Shown piece after piece: positions 19,413 to 28,999 of a stretch of DNA of 64,000 nucleotides (positions within the stretch are counted from its first letter, which is position 1; the number at the start of each line of letters is the position of its first letter). The position numbers were made by a program, and so were the translations under genes. The notes below the pieces were generated by a model that had not been told where the DNA came from, ran no database searches, and saw nothing but the letters and a program-made list of their open reading frames with translations. The DNA comes from a bacterium. GTDB taxonomy: Bacteria > Zixibacteria > MSB-5A5 > GN15 > FEB-12. Location: contig JBDRNJ010000083.1 in assembly GCA_043811375.1 (NCBI GenBank), positions 1 through 64,000 of the forward strand, given 5' to 3'.

Positions 19413-22009
19413 TGATCGGTCACGGGGCTTGATTGAGACGGTGAGGCTGCACACCGACATTGTGGACGTCATCAGCCAGTTTGTTACTCTTAACCACCAA
19501 AACAAAGCCCTCTGTCCCTTTCATAAAGAGAAGACTCCCAGCTTCTCTGTCAATTCCCGCGAACAGTATTTCTATTGTTTTGGCTGCGGCGTAGGTGGAG
19601 ATGTATTCAGATTTCTTGAACTCTACCAGAACCGACCATTCTGGCAGATTCTGGTCGACCTGGCCGGGCAAGCCGGGATTGCGGTCCCCACACTGACCGA
19701 CGAAGGCAGGCAAGACCTGCATGAGGAACGATCAATTGAGGACATCCTGACCGAAACCGCCCAATTCTACCACCACAGTCTGACTCCGAAGGCCAGGCAG
19801 TATCTGGTCGAAGAACGGGGGCTGTCCGAAGACACCATAGCTCGCTTCCAGATCGGCTTTGCCAACGGAAGCTTGCGACAACACCTCCTTGACGAGCGTC
19901 ACGAATCGGTGGACCTCTGTCTCAAGGCCGGGGTGCTCACACGGACTGACTCGGGGATCAGGGACTACTTCTATCACAGGATCATCTTTCCCAACATTAG
20001 ACGCGGAAGAGTGGTGCATCTTTCCGGCCGCAGTCTCGACGAGCAGAAACCCAAGTATCTCCATCTTCCGGGCGGAATCCGTTACCTCTACAACGAGGAT
20101 GCCTTGTCCGGTGAGGTTGTCTACATCGCCGAGGGCATACCGGATTGCCTGTCCGCTGTTCAAGAGGGATATCCCGCGGTTGGAACCTATGGTTCATACG
20201 GTTTCAAGCCGGAATACGCCGAGAGGTTCTCTTATTGCGAAACGGTCTATCTCTGCCTCGATGGGGACCAGGCTGGACTGAAAGGAGCCCTGAAGATCGG
20301 CGAGATCATCGGGGAGCGGGCAAAGATCGTCCAGCTTCCCCAGGGGCTTGATCTGAACGACTACTTCCGAGATAACACCAAAGACGATTTCGACAGCCTG
20401 GTTGCCTCCGCGACGGGGATCATCAAGTTTGAGCTGAGCCAGATTCCATCTGATACGGACAAGATCGAGCTTCCCCGAAAACTCGAACCGATTCTGCTCA
20501 GGCTGTCTCGAATGGATAAGGCCGCCGCTGAAGCCTACCTGAGCTATAAGATCAAGGATCACTTCAATCTGAAGAAAACCGATATTGACGGCTATCGGGA
20601 CATAGTAAACAAGCATCGCAAGGCCGAGGCTGAATCTGTCAAAGCTCAGACTTCCGATTCTGACACTGAACCGGTCTATACGGCGTACTTTGACGGCTTG
20701 GTCGATCTGGTCGAACACGATGGCAGTCCAGCTTTCCTGATCAAAGAAGCGGACAATCTAACGATTGCGGAGCAGGTTGAACGAGAAGGCACTGTCTACA
20801 TCCCACCCAAAAAGACCCAGATTCCCTGGCTACTGCCCCGGGGAGAGGAAGTCCTCAAGTACTGTAAGACCGCAGCAGCCGGTCTGTCTCACACTGAATG
20901 TGACGCTACCCTGTACGACGCTCTAGTGGCCTACCACAAAGCGATCTCTGAACTCCCGGGCACGGGGGGAGTACTATGACCTGATTGCGGCTTGGGATCT
21001 CCATACATACCTGCTGGAATCAGTTCAGTATTCGCCAATCATCTACCTGTTTGCGGTCCCGGAACGCGGCAAGAGTCGCACCGGCAAAGGCATGATCCAT
21101 GTCGCCCACCGGGGCATCCACGTTGAGTCGCTGAGAGACCCCTATCTGGTACGGATAGCCAACGATCTCAAGGCATCGGTATTTTTTGATGTGAAGGATA
21201 TCTGGAGGAAGGCGGAGAAGAACAGCAGTGAGGATATCCTCCTGCACCGCTTCGAAAAGGGCGCTCACGTACCGAGAGTCCTCTACCCGGATCGCGGGGC
21301 ACATCGGGACATTGTCTATTACGCCATATTCGGGCCGACCATCATCGGCAGCAATGAAGGCGTACACCAGATTCTGGAGTCGAGAACTGTCCCTATCAAC
21401 ATGCCCGAAACTGCCGGGCGGTTTGAAAACGACGTCACGCCCGAACTATCCCTACCGTTAAAAGAGCGCCTGATCGCCTTTCGGGCCAGACACCTTGGAG
21501 AAACCCTGCCGGACATTCCCAAGCCCGCGGCTGGCAGACTGGGTGACATTCTCAAGCCTCTCCAACAGATTATCCGTCTGGTCAGGCCGGAGCGGGAACC
21601 AGCCTTCCTGCGACTGGTCGGGGAACTCGGGCATCAGAGGCTGAACGAGAAAGCCAACAGCCTGGAGGCTCAGATTCTGCTGACCATAATCTCACTTGAG
21701 GATGAAGTGGAGAAGGGAATCCTGCCGGTCAAAGTTATCACCGACACGTTCAACGATGGCAAATCGGAACGAAGCCAGATCACTTATCAGCGGGTCGGCA
21801 AGAGATTATCCGCTATGGGATTGAGAAAGGGCCGGACCGGTGACGGTGCCTCGGCAATCTTCTGGGATGAGGATAAGATAAGGAGAATGGAGCAGACATA
21901 CGGGTTGCGGAAAACGTCAGAAACGTCAGTTAGGTCAGTAACGTCAACTGACCCGGCCGGTGAATCTGACGATCCTGACGATACTGACGTTTCGCAGATA
22001 CCGTTCTGA
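19405..22009 (+). pseudogene. DnaG-like primase (CHC2 Zn finger + Toprim) fused to a P-loop helicase-like domain, split by a frameshift
   Basis: CPFHKEKTPSF..YCFGC; EG.PD and D.D..G Toprim motifs. Removing one G from G6 at 20964-69 joins ORF 19405-20979 to ORF 21092-22009 through YYDLIAAW...AVPERGKS. Confidence 0.82.
21912..21992. repeat. Iteron-like 9-bp-period array (putative origin)
   Basis: Four ACGTCAG-like direct units (21912-47), then inverted CTGACG units (21966-92). Confidence 0.7.
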
Positions 22010-22187
22010 GGTGTTTACTCCCCCCTTTCTTAGCGTACGATGTCTCCCTCAGTAAAGAAGCGGGCACAAAAACGCAGAAGCTCATGGACTCCAAATGGTT
22101 ATGAGGGACAACTGTGAAGCAAACAAGGTTGCAATTTGCTAATGATTTAGGTAATTCGGAAATGAGCTGTTTCGCTGTGAGGATCAG

Positions 22188-22679
22188 GTGAGGGGCAGAT
22201 ATTCCTGGTCATACCGGCACACAGTTGAGCAGTGTAAGATCATAGATATTTCCTGGCTGTCCCAGCACGGCTATCTCTGTGAGTTCAAAGCGGTCGGTAT
22301 CGAATGGAGAGACTCGGCCGGTGAATTGACCGGCAGCATAAGCATTGAAGTTTCAGTGCCTGAGGCCAACTCCGATACGGGCTACCTCCGGTTTATGTAC
22401 ACCATGACGGACCGTATGACCGAAGAGAAAACTCGTCATGATTACACTGTTGATCTGGTGACGACTCCCTGTAATTTTGGCGGTTTTCGCTACTGGTTCA
22501 TCTGCTCTCTTGTTGTCAACGGCCGGTCCTGCCAGCGGAGGGTAGGCAAGCTCTACCTTCCGCCGGACAGTGATTACTTCGGCTGCCGGCACTGTCACAA
22601 TCTAACGTACCGCTGTCAGAAAGAACACAACAAGCAGATGGACATCTTCCGCAAGAGCCTGGCACTGCTGCTGCGTTAG
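22188..22679 (+). CDS. Hypothetical Cys-rich (Zn-binding) protein of the element
   Basis: TPCNFGGFRYWFIC...C.RRVGKLY...FGCRHCHNLTY. Confidence 0.75.
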   Translation: MRGRYSWSYRHTVEQCKIIDISWLSQHGYLCEFKAVGIEWRDSAGELTGSISIEVSVPEANSDTGYLRFMYTMTDRMTEEKTRHDYTVDLVTTPCNFGGFRYWFICSLVVNGRSCQRRVGKLYLPPDSDYFGCRHCHNLTYRCQKEHNKQMDIFRKSLALLLR

Positions 22680-22998
22680 ACGAGACTGGGCCGGGTTCGT
22701 TCACCCAACACTTCGCGCTCGGCAAAGCGCAGAGAAGATTTTCGTTGGCTTTTTGGGACCGTTTTCGCTTAGTTGTGGTGGCACTGGAATAACCGGGGAC
22801 CACAACAGGAACAGCTAAGACAGGGAACGGGAATCTGGCTCCCGGTGACCAAGGGCCGAAAACAGAAGACAGGAATAACACTGACAACAAATCAGACGAC
22901 ATACTGGTGCTGGCGATTCTATTCGTCTGGCTGAATGAAAAGACCCAGGATGAAATACTGAAACTGATGAGAGCCGAGATGGAGCGAAAGGAGGAAAT

Positions 22999-23556
22999 AT
23001 GTCAACCGGCAAGAAAGTCGCTCTGATTGTAGGGATATTGTTCGTGCCTGGAATCATCATGCTGGCTATCGAAGACAGGGGCGACAAGCCCCGTAGCTCA
23101 TCTTCGCGTCAGACACAAACTACCCCCCTCGGAGGGCAACCACTTTCAGAGGTTATCGATTCTCTTACGGACGGACGGGAATTACGTAATTCACGGGAGG
23201 TCGCGACAGACCCTTCGATATCTGCAACGACCCAGAAGTTAAAACCAGCGAAGAAGACTCAATCAACCGAACACCCAACCCTCGGTGAAAAGGGTGTGCT
23301 GCGAGCGGGCGGTAGCGATATTGTGCCGATATGCGTTAGTGAGGCAGTGTTGAAACGATTCCAACAGCTCGCCGATGTCGGGGACGAGACGGGAATACAA
23401 CAGCTCATAATGGCTGGAAGCCTCTGGTCGGTCGAGAGCGGCACACGTGTCCACGTGATTGGTACAGACTGGACGTTGTTCGAGGTGCGCATCCTCGATG
23501 GAAGTCGCGCTGGACGCTCCGGTTTTGTGAAGCGTGATTTCGTTTGGTCACATTAA
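22999..23556 (+). CDS. Hypothetical membrane-anchored protein, SH3-like C-terminus
   Basis: AGGAGG RBS, N-terminal TM, S/T linker, GTRVHVI..EVRILDG..AGRSGFV. Confidence 0.7.
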   Translation: MSTGKKVALIVGILFVPGIIMLAIEDRGDKPRSSSSRQTQTTPLGGQPLSEVIDSLTDGRELRNSREVATDPSISATTQKLKPAKKTQSTEHPTLGEKGVLRAGGSDIVPICVSEAVLKRFQQLADVGDETGIQQLIMAGSLWSVESGTRVHVIGTDWTLFEVRILDGSRAGRSGFVKRDFVWSH

Positions 23557-23571
23557 CTGAGTCAAGTAACT

Positions 23572-24285
23572 ATGCCCCGCCCGATCACATACGAACGTGG
23601 CTGGTGCGTGAACTTCAGATACCCGCCCGGCACGCGCCACCGTGTACGTTTCAGCAACAACCAATACGCCGACCCTAAGCAAGCCGCTCAGGATTACATC
23701 GATGCGGTGATGTAAAGTAGGCATGGCGTTGCACTGGCAGACTCCTTGAATCCGCAGACCTTCGAGTTGCCTATCGCAGAGCTGGCCTCAAAGGTGTTTA
23801 AGTCGGGAACGATCACTGAACTCACGAACAAACAAGTTGCTGATTACAGGAAGCATGAGTATCGGTGTCGCGATAAGGTCCACATTCCCGGCATCACGCC
23901 TGCGAAGCGAAGCAATGAAATCGAACTCAACGCACACCGGATTCGGCTCGGAGATTCACTCTTCCTTCTGTTTCTGCGGCTGGTTGCAGAATTGAAGAGA
24001 AAGAATGGTGGTTGGGTAGACAGGTATACGCTGGAGTCCGAAGGTGTCGTGTCCAATGCTGGTACTTTCCAGGTTTACAGCAGACTCAGGACGGCCCTTG
24101 CGGGGAGTCTTCTGGAGAAAGACGGCGGAGCTTTCATCCAGAACGACGGGTCAAAGCGATATCGCATCTCCGTCCACCCGGATTTCATCACCTATGACAA
24201 GAAAAAGCTCAAGAATCACCCGGACGGGCGGGTGAGAGAAGTGGCAGAAAAACTGCCACGCTGCCTCCTCCTACAGCAGCAATGA
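23572..24285 (+). pseudogene. Small AP2/arm-binding-like ORF (23572-23715) in frame with a winged-helix ORF (23746-24285), separated by one TAA
   Basis: MPRPITYERGWCVNFRYPPGTRHRVRFS..DPKQAAQDY*, then SRHGVALADSLNPQ..; C-terminus LFLLFLRLV..VYSRLR..FIQNDGSKRYRI resembles an OmpR-type wHTH. Confidence 0.5.
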
Positions 24286-24302
24286 ACTGCTTTGACGTGC
24301 AA

Positions 24303-25406
24303 TCACGAGAACTCCAGCTTATCCACGGCATCAGCCAGATGATCCGAAGCCAGGTGGGCATAGATCATTGTAGTCTGAATATCCGAATGACCCATCAGCT
24401 TCTTGACAGTGGGCAGATCGACACCGCTCATGACCAGGTGGCTGGCGAAGGTATGACGCAGGGTGTGTACTTTGGTTAGATTCTCAATTCCGGCCTGCTC
24501 AGCGATCTTGATCATCTTCTCACGCAGCTTAGTCCTGATTCTGCTGCCGTCTTTATGAGGGAAGACGTAACGTGACCGCAAACCATTCTTGTTCCTGTCC
24601 TTCAGTTCAGTGAGAAGCTTCAGGAGTTGGCTGTTGATCGGTATCTCTCGCTCACCGGTCTTGGGCTGCCAGTCTTCCTTACGGCGTATCTTGATCTTGC
24701 GTCGCTTGAGGTCAATATCAGCCCACTCCAAGTACTCAAGCTCTGCCTTACGCATACCAGTGTTGAGAAAAGTGAAATAAATCGGATATAGATCAGGTGG
24801 GCAGGCATCCAGCAGTTGCTGACACTCTCCGTTAGTAAGAAAACGGACCGGCTTGGCGTCATCGACCTTCAGCTTCCTGACACCTTTGGTCGGATTCTCC
24901 TTCAGGTAGCCCCACTTGATGGCCTGGTTGAGAACCGTCCTGATCGTACCTATCTCAAAGTTGATTGTATGGGCGCGGGCGCCTTTGCGGGTGTAGTCCT
25001 TGATGTCGTTATCAGACGCAACCTCTGATCCATTCGGGTTCACCCACTCCCCCTTGCGGTGTACTTTGTACTGATCTATCACTTCCCCTGTTACCTGGGA
25101 GATGAACTGAACGTCGGCTCGGCGAGCATCACGGAAAGCACGGAAATGATCGGTAGCAGCCCGGTAACGGTTGGTGGTGGTCGGTCGATGATTGGCTGCG
25201 GAGTATTCCAGGAACTGTTCGACAAACTTGTTGATCGAGATATCTTTCTTGGCAAACCCGAACTCTTCACGCTCGGCTTTGACGATTGCATCCTGTAACG
25301 CAAGCTGTGCTATCTTCTTGGAGTGGCCGGTCTTCTTCCGGATACGTCGGCCACTGACGCGTATATCCAGATACCAGACTCTTCCTCGCTTGTAGATTCG
25401 CGCCAT
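24303..25406 (-). CDS. Tyrosine recombinase / site-specific integrase
   Basis: TGMRKAE, KTG, HTLRH, GHSD, IYAH catalytic set; N-terminal arm-binding domain; start ATG 25406 after GGAG. Confidence 0.96.
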   Translation of the reverse strand: MARIYKRGRVWYLDIRVSGRRIRKKTGHSKKIAQLALQDAIVKAEREEFGFAKKDISINKFVEQFLEYSAANHRPTTTNRYRAATDHFRAFRDARRADVQFISQVTGEVIDQYKVHRKGEWVNPNGSEVASDNDIKDYTRKGARAHTINFEIGTIRTVLNQAIKWGYLKENPTKGVRKLKVDDAKPVRFLTNGECQQLLDACPPDLYPIYFTFLNTGMRKAELEYLEWADIDLKRRKIKIRRKEDWQPKTGEREIPINSQLLKLLTELKDRNKNGLRSRYVFPHKDGSRIRTKLREKMIKIAEQAGIENLTKVHTLRHTFASHLVMSGVDLPTVKKLMGHSDIQTTMIYAHLASDHLADAVDKLEFS

Positions 25407-25422
25407 ATAAAGTGTCTCCAAC

Positions 25423-25442
25423 TTGGCACAGATTGGGCACAG
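25423..25442. repeat. Direct repeats TKGGCACAG, putative integrase arm sites
   Basis: TTGGCACAG and TGGGCACAG at 11-bp period between int and the tRNA. Confidence 0.5.
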
Positions 25443-25514
25443 CTACCTTACACCCCCAATATCACACATTTTAAGGTATTGTCAAGTTTGAAGTTACAGA
25501 ATTGTAGAAAAATA

Positions 25515-25607
25515 TGGCGGAGAGGCAGGGATTCGAACCCTGGATAGGGACATTATCCCCATAACGGATTAGCAATCCGCCGCCTTCAGCCGCTCGGCCA
25601 CCTCTCC
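25515..25607 (-). tRNA. tRNA-Ser(GCT)
   Basis: GGAGAGG acceptor stem, anticodon arm GCGGA-TTGCTAA-TCCGT, long variable arm, GGTTCGAATCC, encoded CCA. Confidence 0.97.
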
Positions 25608-25635
25608 GTCAACATGCTCACAGCGGCACACACCG

Positions 25636-25664
25636 AATGTAGCAGAAATCTGACCGGTTTTCAA
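25636..25664 (-). promoter_or_regulatory. sigma70 promoter of the tRNA
   Basis: TTGAAA-N17-TACATT. Confidence 0.6.
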
Positions 25665-25688
25665 GGATTTTCCCGCCGGTGGTTCCGG

Positions 25689-27113
25689 CTACTTTCCCGG
25701 AATGTATTCGGAAAACAAGACCTGGCTACCATCAATGGTAAGCTTGCACACCTGCATAGCTTCTGTCACCTGGTGAGAAGCGATACCGAAGTGGGCTTCT
25801 ACCCCGGGATACATTGTGTTTTCAGCTATGATGGTGGCATCACGGTACTCTCTGAGTTTTTCTTCGATCCCGGCTTTTCTCTTCTCGAGTTCCCTGATCG
25901 CATCGGGGACATTGCGCTGGAAATCTTCGAATTGTTTTATTGCGGCTACTTTGGCATCGGACAGTTTGCCATCCATCTGGAGACGATAAAGTCCGGTCAG
26001 CCCTTCCTTGACCCTCTCCTGATCGGCATCCAGTCGTTCCATCTCGTGGATCGTTTTATGGTATTGTCGCATCAGATCGGCATCATAAGCAACCGTCAGT
26101 ACCGTAGGTGTGCCGCCCTCAGATCCGAGAAAAGGTGCCCGTATTTCCTTGCCGGCGTTGATTTCTCCGCCGACAATCTTGCCCCTTTTCCCGACGACCA
26201 GCACCCGTTCCTTGGCCGTGACCCGGCAGTTGATCAATTCGCCGCCGACGTTGATCTGTCCGCCGGAGATAAGTTTCTGTCCCTGGGCATATTTGACGGT
26301 AATATCGCCATCAGCCTGGATACTTCCCTCACCTTCCCCGAAACAGCCCCCTCTGACAAGGATGTTGCCACGGCAGCTAATGTGGCAGTCCTGCACGTTT
26401 CCAGCCACCTCAAGATTACCACCAATATCCAACTTGAACCCAGTGCGTGCATCCCCCCTCACTATCACCGACCCATTACATTCGATGTTGCCGGTATTGA
26501 AATCGACGTCACCGTTAATGGTCATGACATCTTTGACAGTAATCATACCGCTACGAAAAACAATAGCGCCTGCGGCGGTAGCAGTCAGTGTCATCCCATC
26601 CGATGACACCTTAGTATTGTCTCCAAACTTGAAGGGCACATTTCTGCCGCGCGTAGCATTTATCTCCTTGCCGTCAACTGACTTACCGTTGACTCCCGTT
26701 GTTGGGGCGGTCCGTCTGGCCAGGACAGCTTCTTTATCTGTGTTCTGGATGAAATGGAGTTCCCGGTAGTCAATACGTCCGTCTTTATCTTCCTTGGGTA
26801 CACCCCGACTATCAGTATTAAACAGATACTCAAATTTAGTATCTTCTCCTTTTACGGGTGGGTCACCCTTGGCAATCTCCACCGGCGTATCGCAGACCTT
26901 TTCTGCTACTATGCGGGCTATAACCTCGTTGTCAATACCGTAGACAATTCCGGCGAGCTTAAGAGCCTCTATTACATCTTCCTGGGTGATGTCCGATTCG
27001 CCCGGATCCGGTTTCTGAACAATCATACGTGCAATTAATTGGTCTTGTGAAATGACCACGCGGATACGCCGCATTATCGCTGCCTGTGTGTCGGTAGTAC
27101 CGTTGGTATCCAT
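25689..27113 (-). CDS. fapA: FapA / DUF342 flagellar assembly protein
   Basis: GIVYGID, AKGDPPVKGED, GRIDYRE, GDVDFNTGNI, beta-helix repeats, coiled coil. Confidence 0.9.
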   Translation of the reverse strand: MDTNGTTDTQAAIMRRIRVVISQDQLIARMIVQKPDPGESDITQEDVIEALKLAGIVYGIDNEVIARIVAEKVCDTPVEIAKGDPPVKGEDTKFEYLFNTDSRGVPKEDKDGRIDYRELHFIQNTDKEAVLARRTAPTTGVNGKSVDGKEINATRGRNVPFKFGDNTKVSSDGMTLTATAAGAIVFRSGMITVKDVMTINGDVDFNTGNIECNGSVIVRGDARTGFKLDIGGNLEVAGNVQDCHISCRGNILVRGGCFGEGEGSIQADGDITVKYAQGQKLISGGQINVGGELINCRVTAKERVLVVGKRGKIVGGEINAGKEIRAPFLGSEGGTPTVLTVAYDADLMRQYHKTIHEMERLDADQERVKEGLTGLYRLQMDGKLSDAKVAAIKQFEDFQRNVPDAIRELEKRKAGIEEKLREYRDATIIAENTMYPGVEAHFGIASHQVTEAMQVCKLTIDGSQVLFSEYIPGK

Positions 27114-27127
27114 AGCCCCGACAACTC

Positions 27128-27529
27128 CTAATGGTCGATAGTCTTACTGGAGGTCGACAGAATTCTCCAGTAAGCACGTTCCACAATAAGTGAGATTTCG
27201 TAACTCTTAAACGGTTTGGTGATATATTCGTCGGCACCCAGCAACAGAGCATCCTTGACGGTATAGGTGTCCCCGTAGGCCGTCATGATGATAACGCCCA
27301 CCTCCGGGTACTCCTGTTTGATAACCTTGAGCAACTCAAACCCGTTCATGCGGGGCATCTTCATATCAGAAATAACTATGTCAATCTTCTCCTGGCCCAT
27401 CGTCTCCAACGCCGTCTGCCCGTCCTCGGCGCTGCTGATTTGGTAGCCTTCCCTGGAGAGTATCTTACCCAGAAGGTTCCTCATCATCTCTTCATCATCG
27501 ACAATCAGAATGGATACAGAACTTTTCAT
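27128..27529 (-). CDS. Single-domain response regulator
   Basis: ILIVDDE, ISDMKMP.MNG, MTAYG, YITKPF. Confidence 0.93.
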   Translation of the reverse strand: MKSSVSILIVDDEEMMRNLLGKILSREGYQISSAEDGQTALETMGQEKIDIVISDMKMPRMNGFELLKVIKQEYPEVGVIIMTAYGDTYTVKDALLLGADEYITKPFKSYEISLIVERAYWRILSTSSKTIDH

Positions 27530-27599
27530 CTGTCAACTCCTGTATGTATGATCGCCACTCTGTGCTCCCACAGGCAACAGGCAGGGCCGGCAACCGACT

Positions 27600-28016
27600 T
27601 CAACGAACGAGCGTGGAAGTTATTTCGGTCACGAACTCCTCTAACATAACCGGCTTGTACATCACTCGGCAGGCCCCCTGGATTCCTGCTTCGCGAACCA
27701 GTTTCTCGGTGGCATTGCCGGTAATGACTACTACTGGTGTGCCGGGAGCCAGTTCCTTGATGGTACCGAGCGCCTCAACTCCCGACATCTCAGGCATGAT
27801 CAGGTCGAGAGTGATCAAGTCATACCGGTTGGTCTTGACCTTCCTGATCGCTTCCACCCCGGTGTTGGCCAATTCGACATAGAAGGCTTCAGTAAGCCGG
27901 CAGAAGTCCCGGAATACCTCGCGAACCCACTGCTCATCATCCACGATCAACACCCGAAATGGTTCTCCCCGCCTTTGAGCCAGATATCGAAGCTGGTCAT
28001 TGTCGATTGTGGGCAT
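27600..28016 (-). CDS. Single-domain response regulator
   Basis: VLIVDDE, LDLIMPEMSG, ITG, YKP; start ATG 28016. Confidence 0.9.
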   Translation of the reverse strand: MPTIDNDQLRYLAQRRGEPFRVLIVDDEQWVREVFRDFCRLTEAFYVELANTGVEAIRKVKTNRYDLITLDLIMPEMSGVEALGTIKELAPGTPVVVITGNATEKLVREAGIQGACRVMYKPVMLEEFVTEITSTLVR

Positions 28017-28286
28017 CGGACTTCTTCCTTTCCTACGCACTCAGCTAAAACACAGTATCTGCTTATGACAACTACTGCTGCGGCAAAAGGCTGTTTTCGA
28101 TTGAGCAAACCTCCCGGATCGATCAACTCCTGTCCGGCCGGCTGAGTTGTGAAGGTTATTCGCCTCGGCCACTATTTCAGTATTATTATCGTCTGGGAAC
28201 ACTATTTCTCCAGTGGACGGTTTCTTCCGGAAATTCGAGCCCTGCCGGCAGGCAATTGGTTCCACCGAGTATCACCGTCCAAACCA

Positions 28287-28646
28287 TCACCGGCTTGTCT
28301 CCCCGGTGTCCGACAGAGATTTGATTATCCGGCTACACTGGTTGAGAATCGATTGCAGCTTGATCTCCAACTGATCCGGAAGTGTGGTTCCCGTCGGTGT
28401 TTCCAACCGACCCTGTTCGGGATTGCGAGCGGAACTGATAACCACAGCCAATTCCCGGACAACTTTGACGGTGCCGTTGACCAGGCGGATGAACTCCGGT
28501 TCCATCCGGGTCAGGTGCTCCGACGTGCCCTTGGCCCTGGCCAGGTATATGGCCAGGTTCAGGGCCAGGACTTTGACTTCCTCGTTCAGGGAATCAACCC
28601 GATCGACCAGACGCAGGTCTCGGGTACGTCTGGGGGGCATATTCAT
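28287..28646 (-). CDS. Hypothetical alpha-helical protein
   Basis: Overlaps the upstream receiver stop (ATGA); helical pattern. Confidence 0.7.
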   Translation of the reverse strand: MNMPPRRTRDLRLVDRVDSLNEEVKVLALNLAIYLARAKGTSEHLTRMEPEFIRLVNGTVKVVRELAVVISSARNPEQGRLETPTGTTLPDQLEIKLQSILNQCSRIIKSLSDTGETSR

Positions 28647-28999
28647 GACATCCTCACGAGTCGATCGATTTTCTCCTTGAGTACGCTAAGGTCGGACGAC
28701 TTGACAACGTAGTCATCAGCCAGCCATGTCTGAAAGTCCGACTTGTACACTGTGTAGGCGGAGTTAAGAATGATCGGGGTTTCCGGCGCTATCCGGCGCA
28801 GTGTCTGCAAGATTTGCAGTCCGGACATGTCGGGCAGTTCAATATCCAGAATCACCAAAGCCAGCCCGCCCCGTGAAACCTTGTCCACCGCTTCGGCTCC
28901 ACAGGCGGCGGTATCTACCTGGTAACCGCTGTCACTGAGTTCTTTGCGGTAGAGAAACCGGATCATTTCCTCATCATCAACCACCAGCAGGCGTCGCAT
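28643..28999 (-). CDS. Single-domain response regulator
   Basis: LLVVDDE, LDIELPDMSG, NSAY, YVVKSSD. Confidence 0.92.
   Translation of the reverse strand: MRRLLVVDDEEMIRFLYRKELSDSGYQVDTAACGAEAVDKVSRGGLALVILDIELPDMSGLQILQTLRRIAPETPIILNSAYTVYKSDFQTWLADDYVVKSSDLSVLKEKIDRLVRMS

Larger units (their letters stand above)
18013..25514. mobile_element. Integrative element (xis, sigma factor, primase-helicase, integrase) at the tRNA-Ser 3' end; left boundary unresolved
   Basis: Tyrosine integrase directly downstream of the tRNA 3' end, plus an excisionase-like HTH and a replication module. No phage structural or conjugation genes seen. Confidence 0.8.

Noticed and set aside
18013..25514. Complete prophage or conjugative ICE
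   Set aside because: No capsid, terminase, tail, relaxase or T4SS genes in the window
1..25514. Direct repeat of the tRNA-Ser 3' end (distal att site) or a CRISPR array
   Set aside because: Neither seen by eye; an exact search for TGGCGGAGAGG is needed to exclude a short att core
25614..26606. 330-aa + strand ORF
   Set aside because: Antisense shadow of fapA
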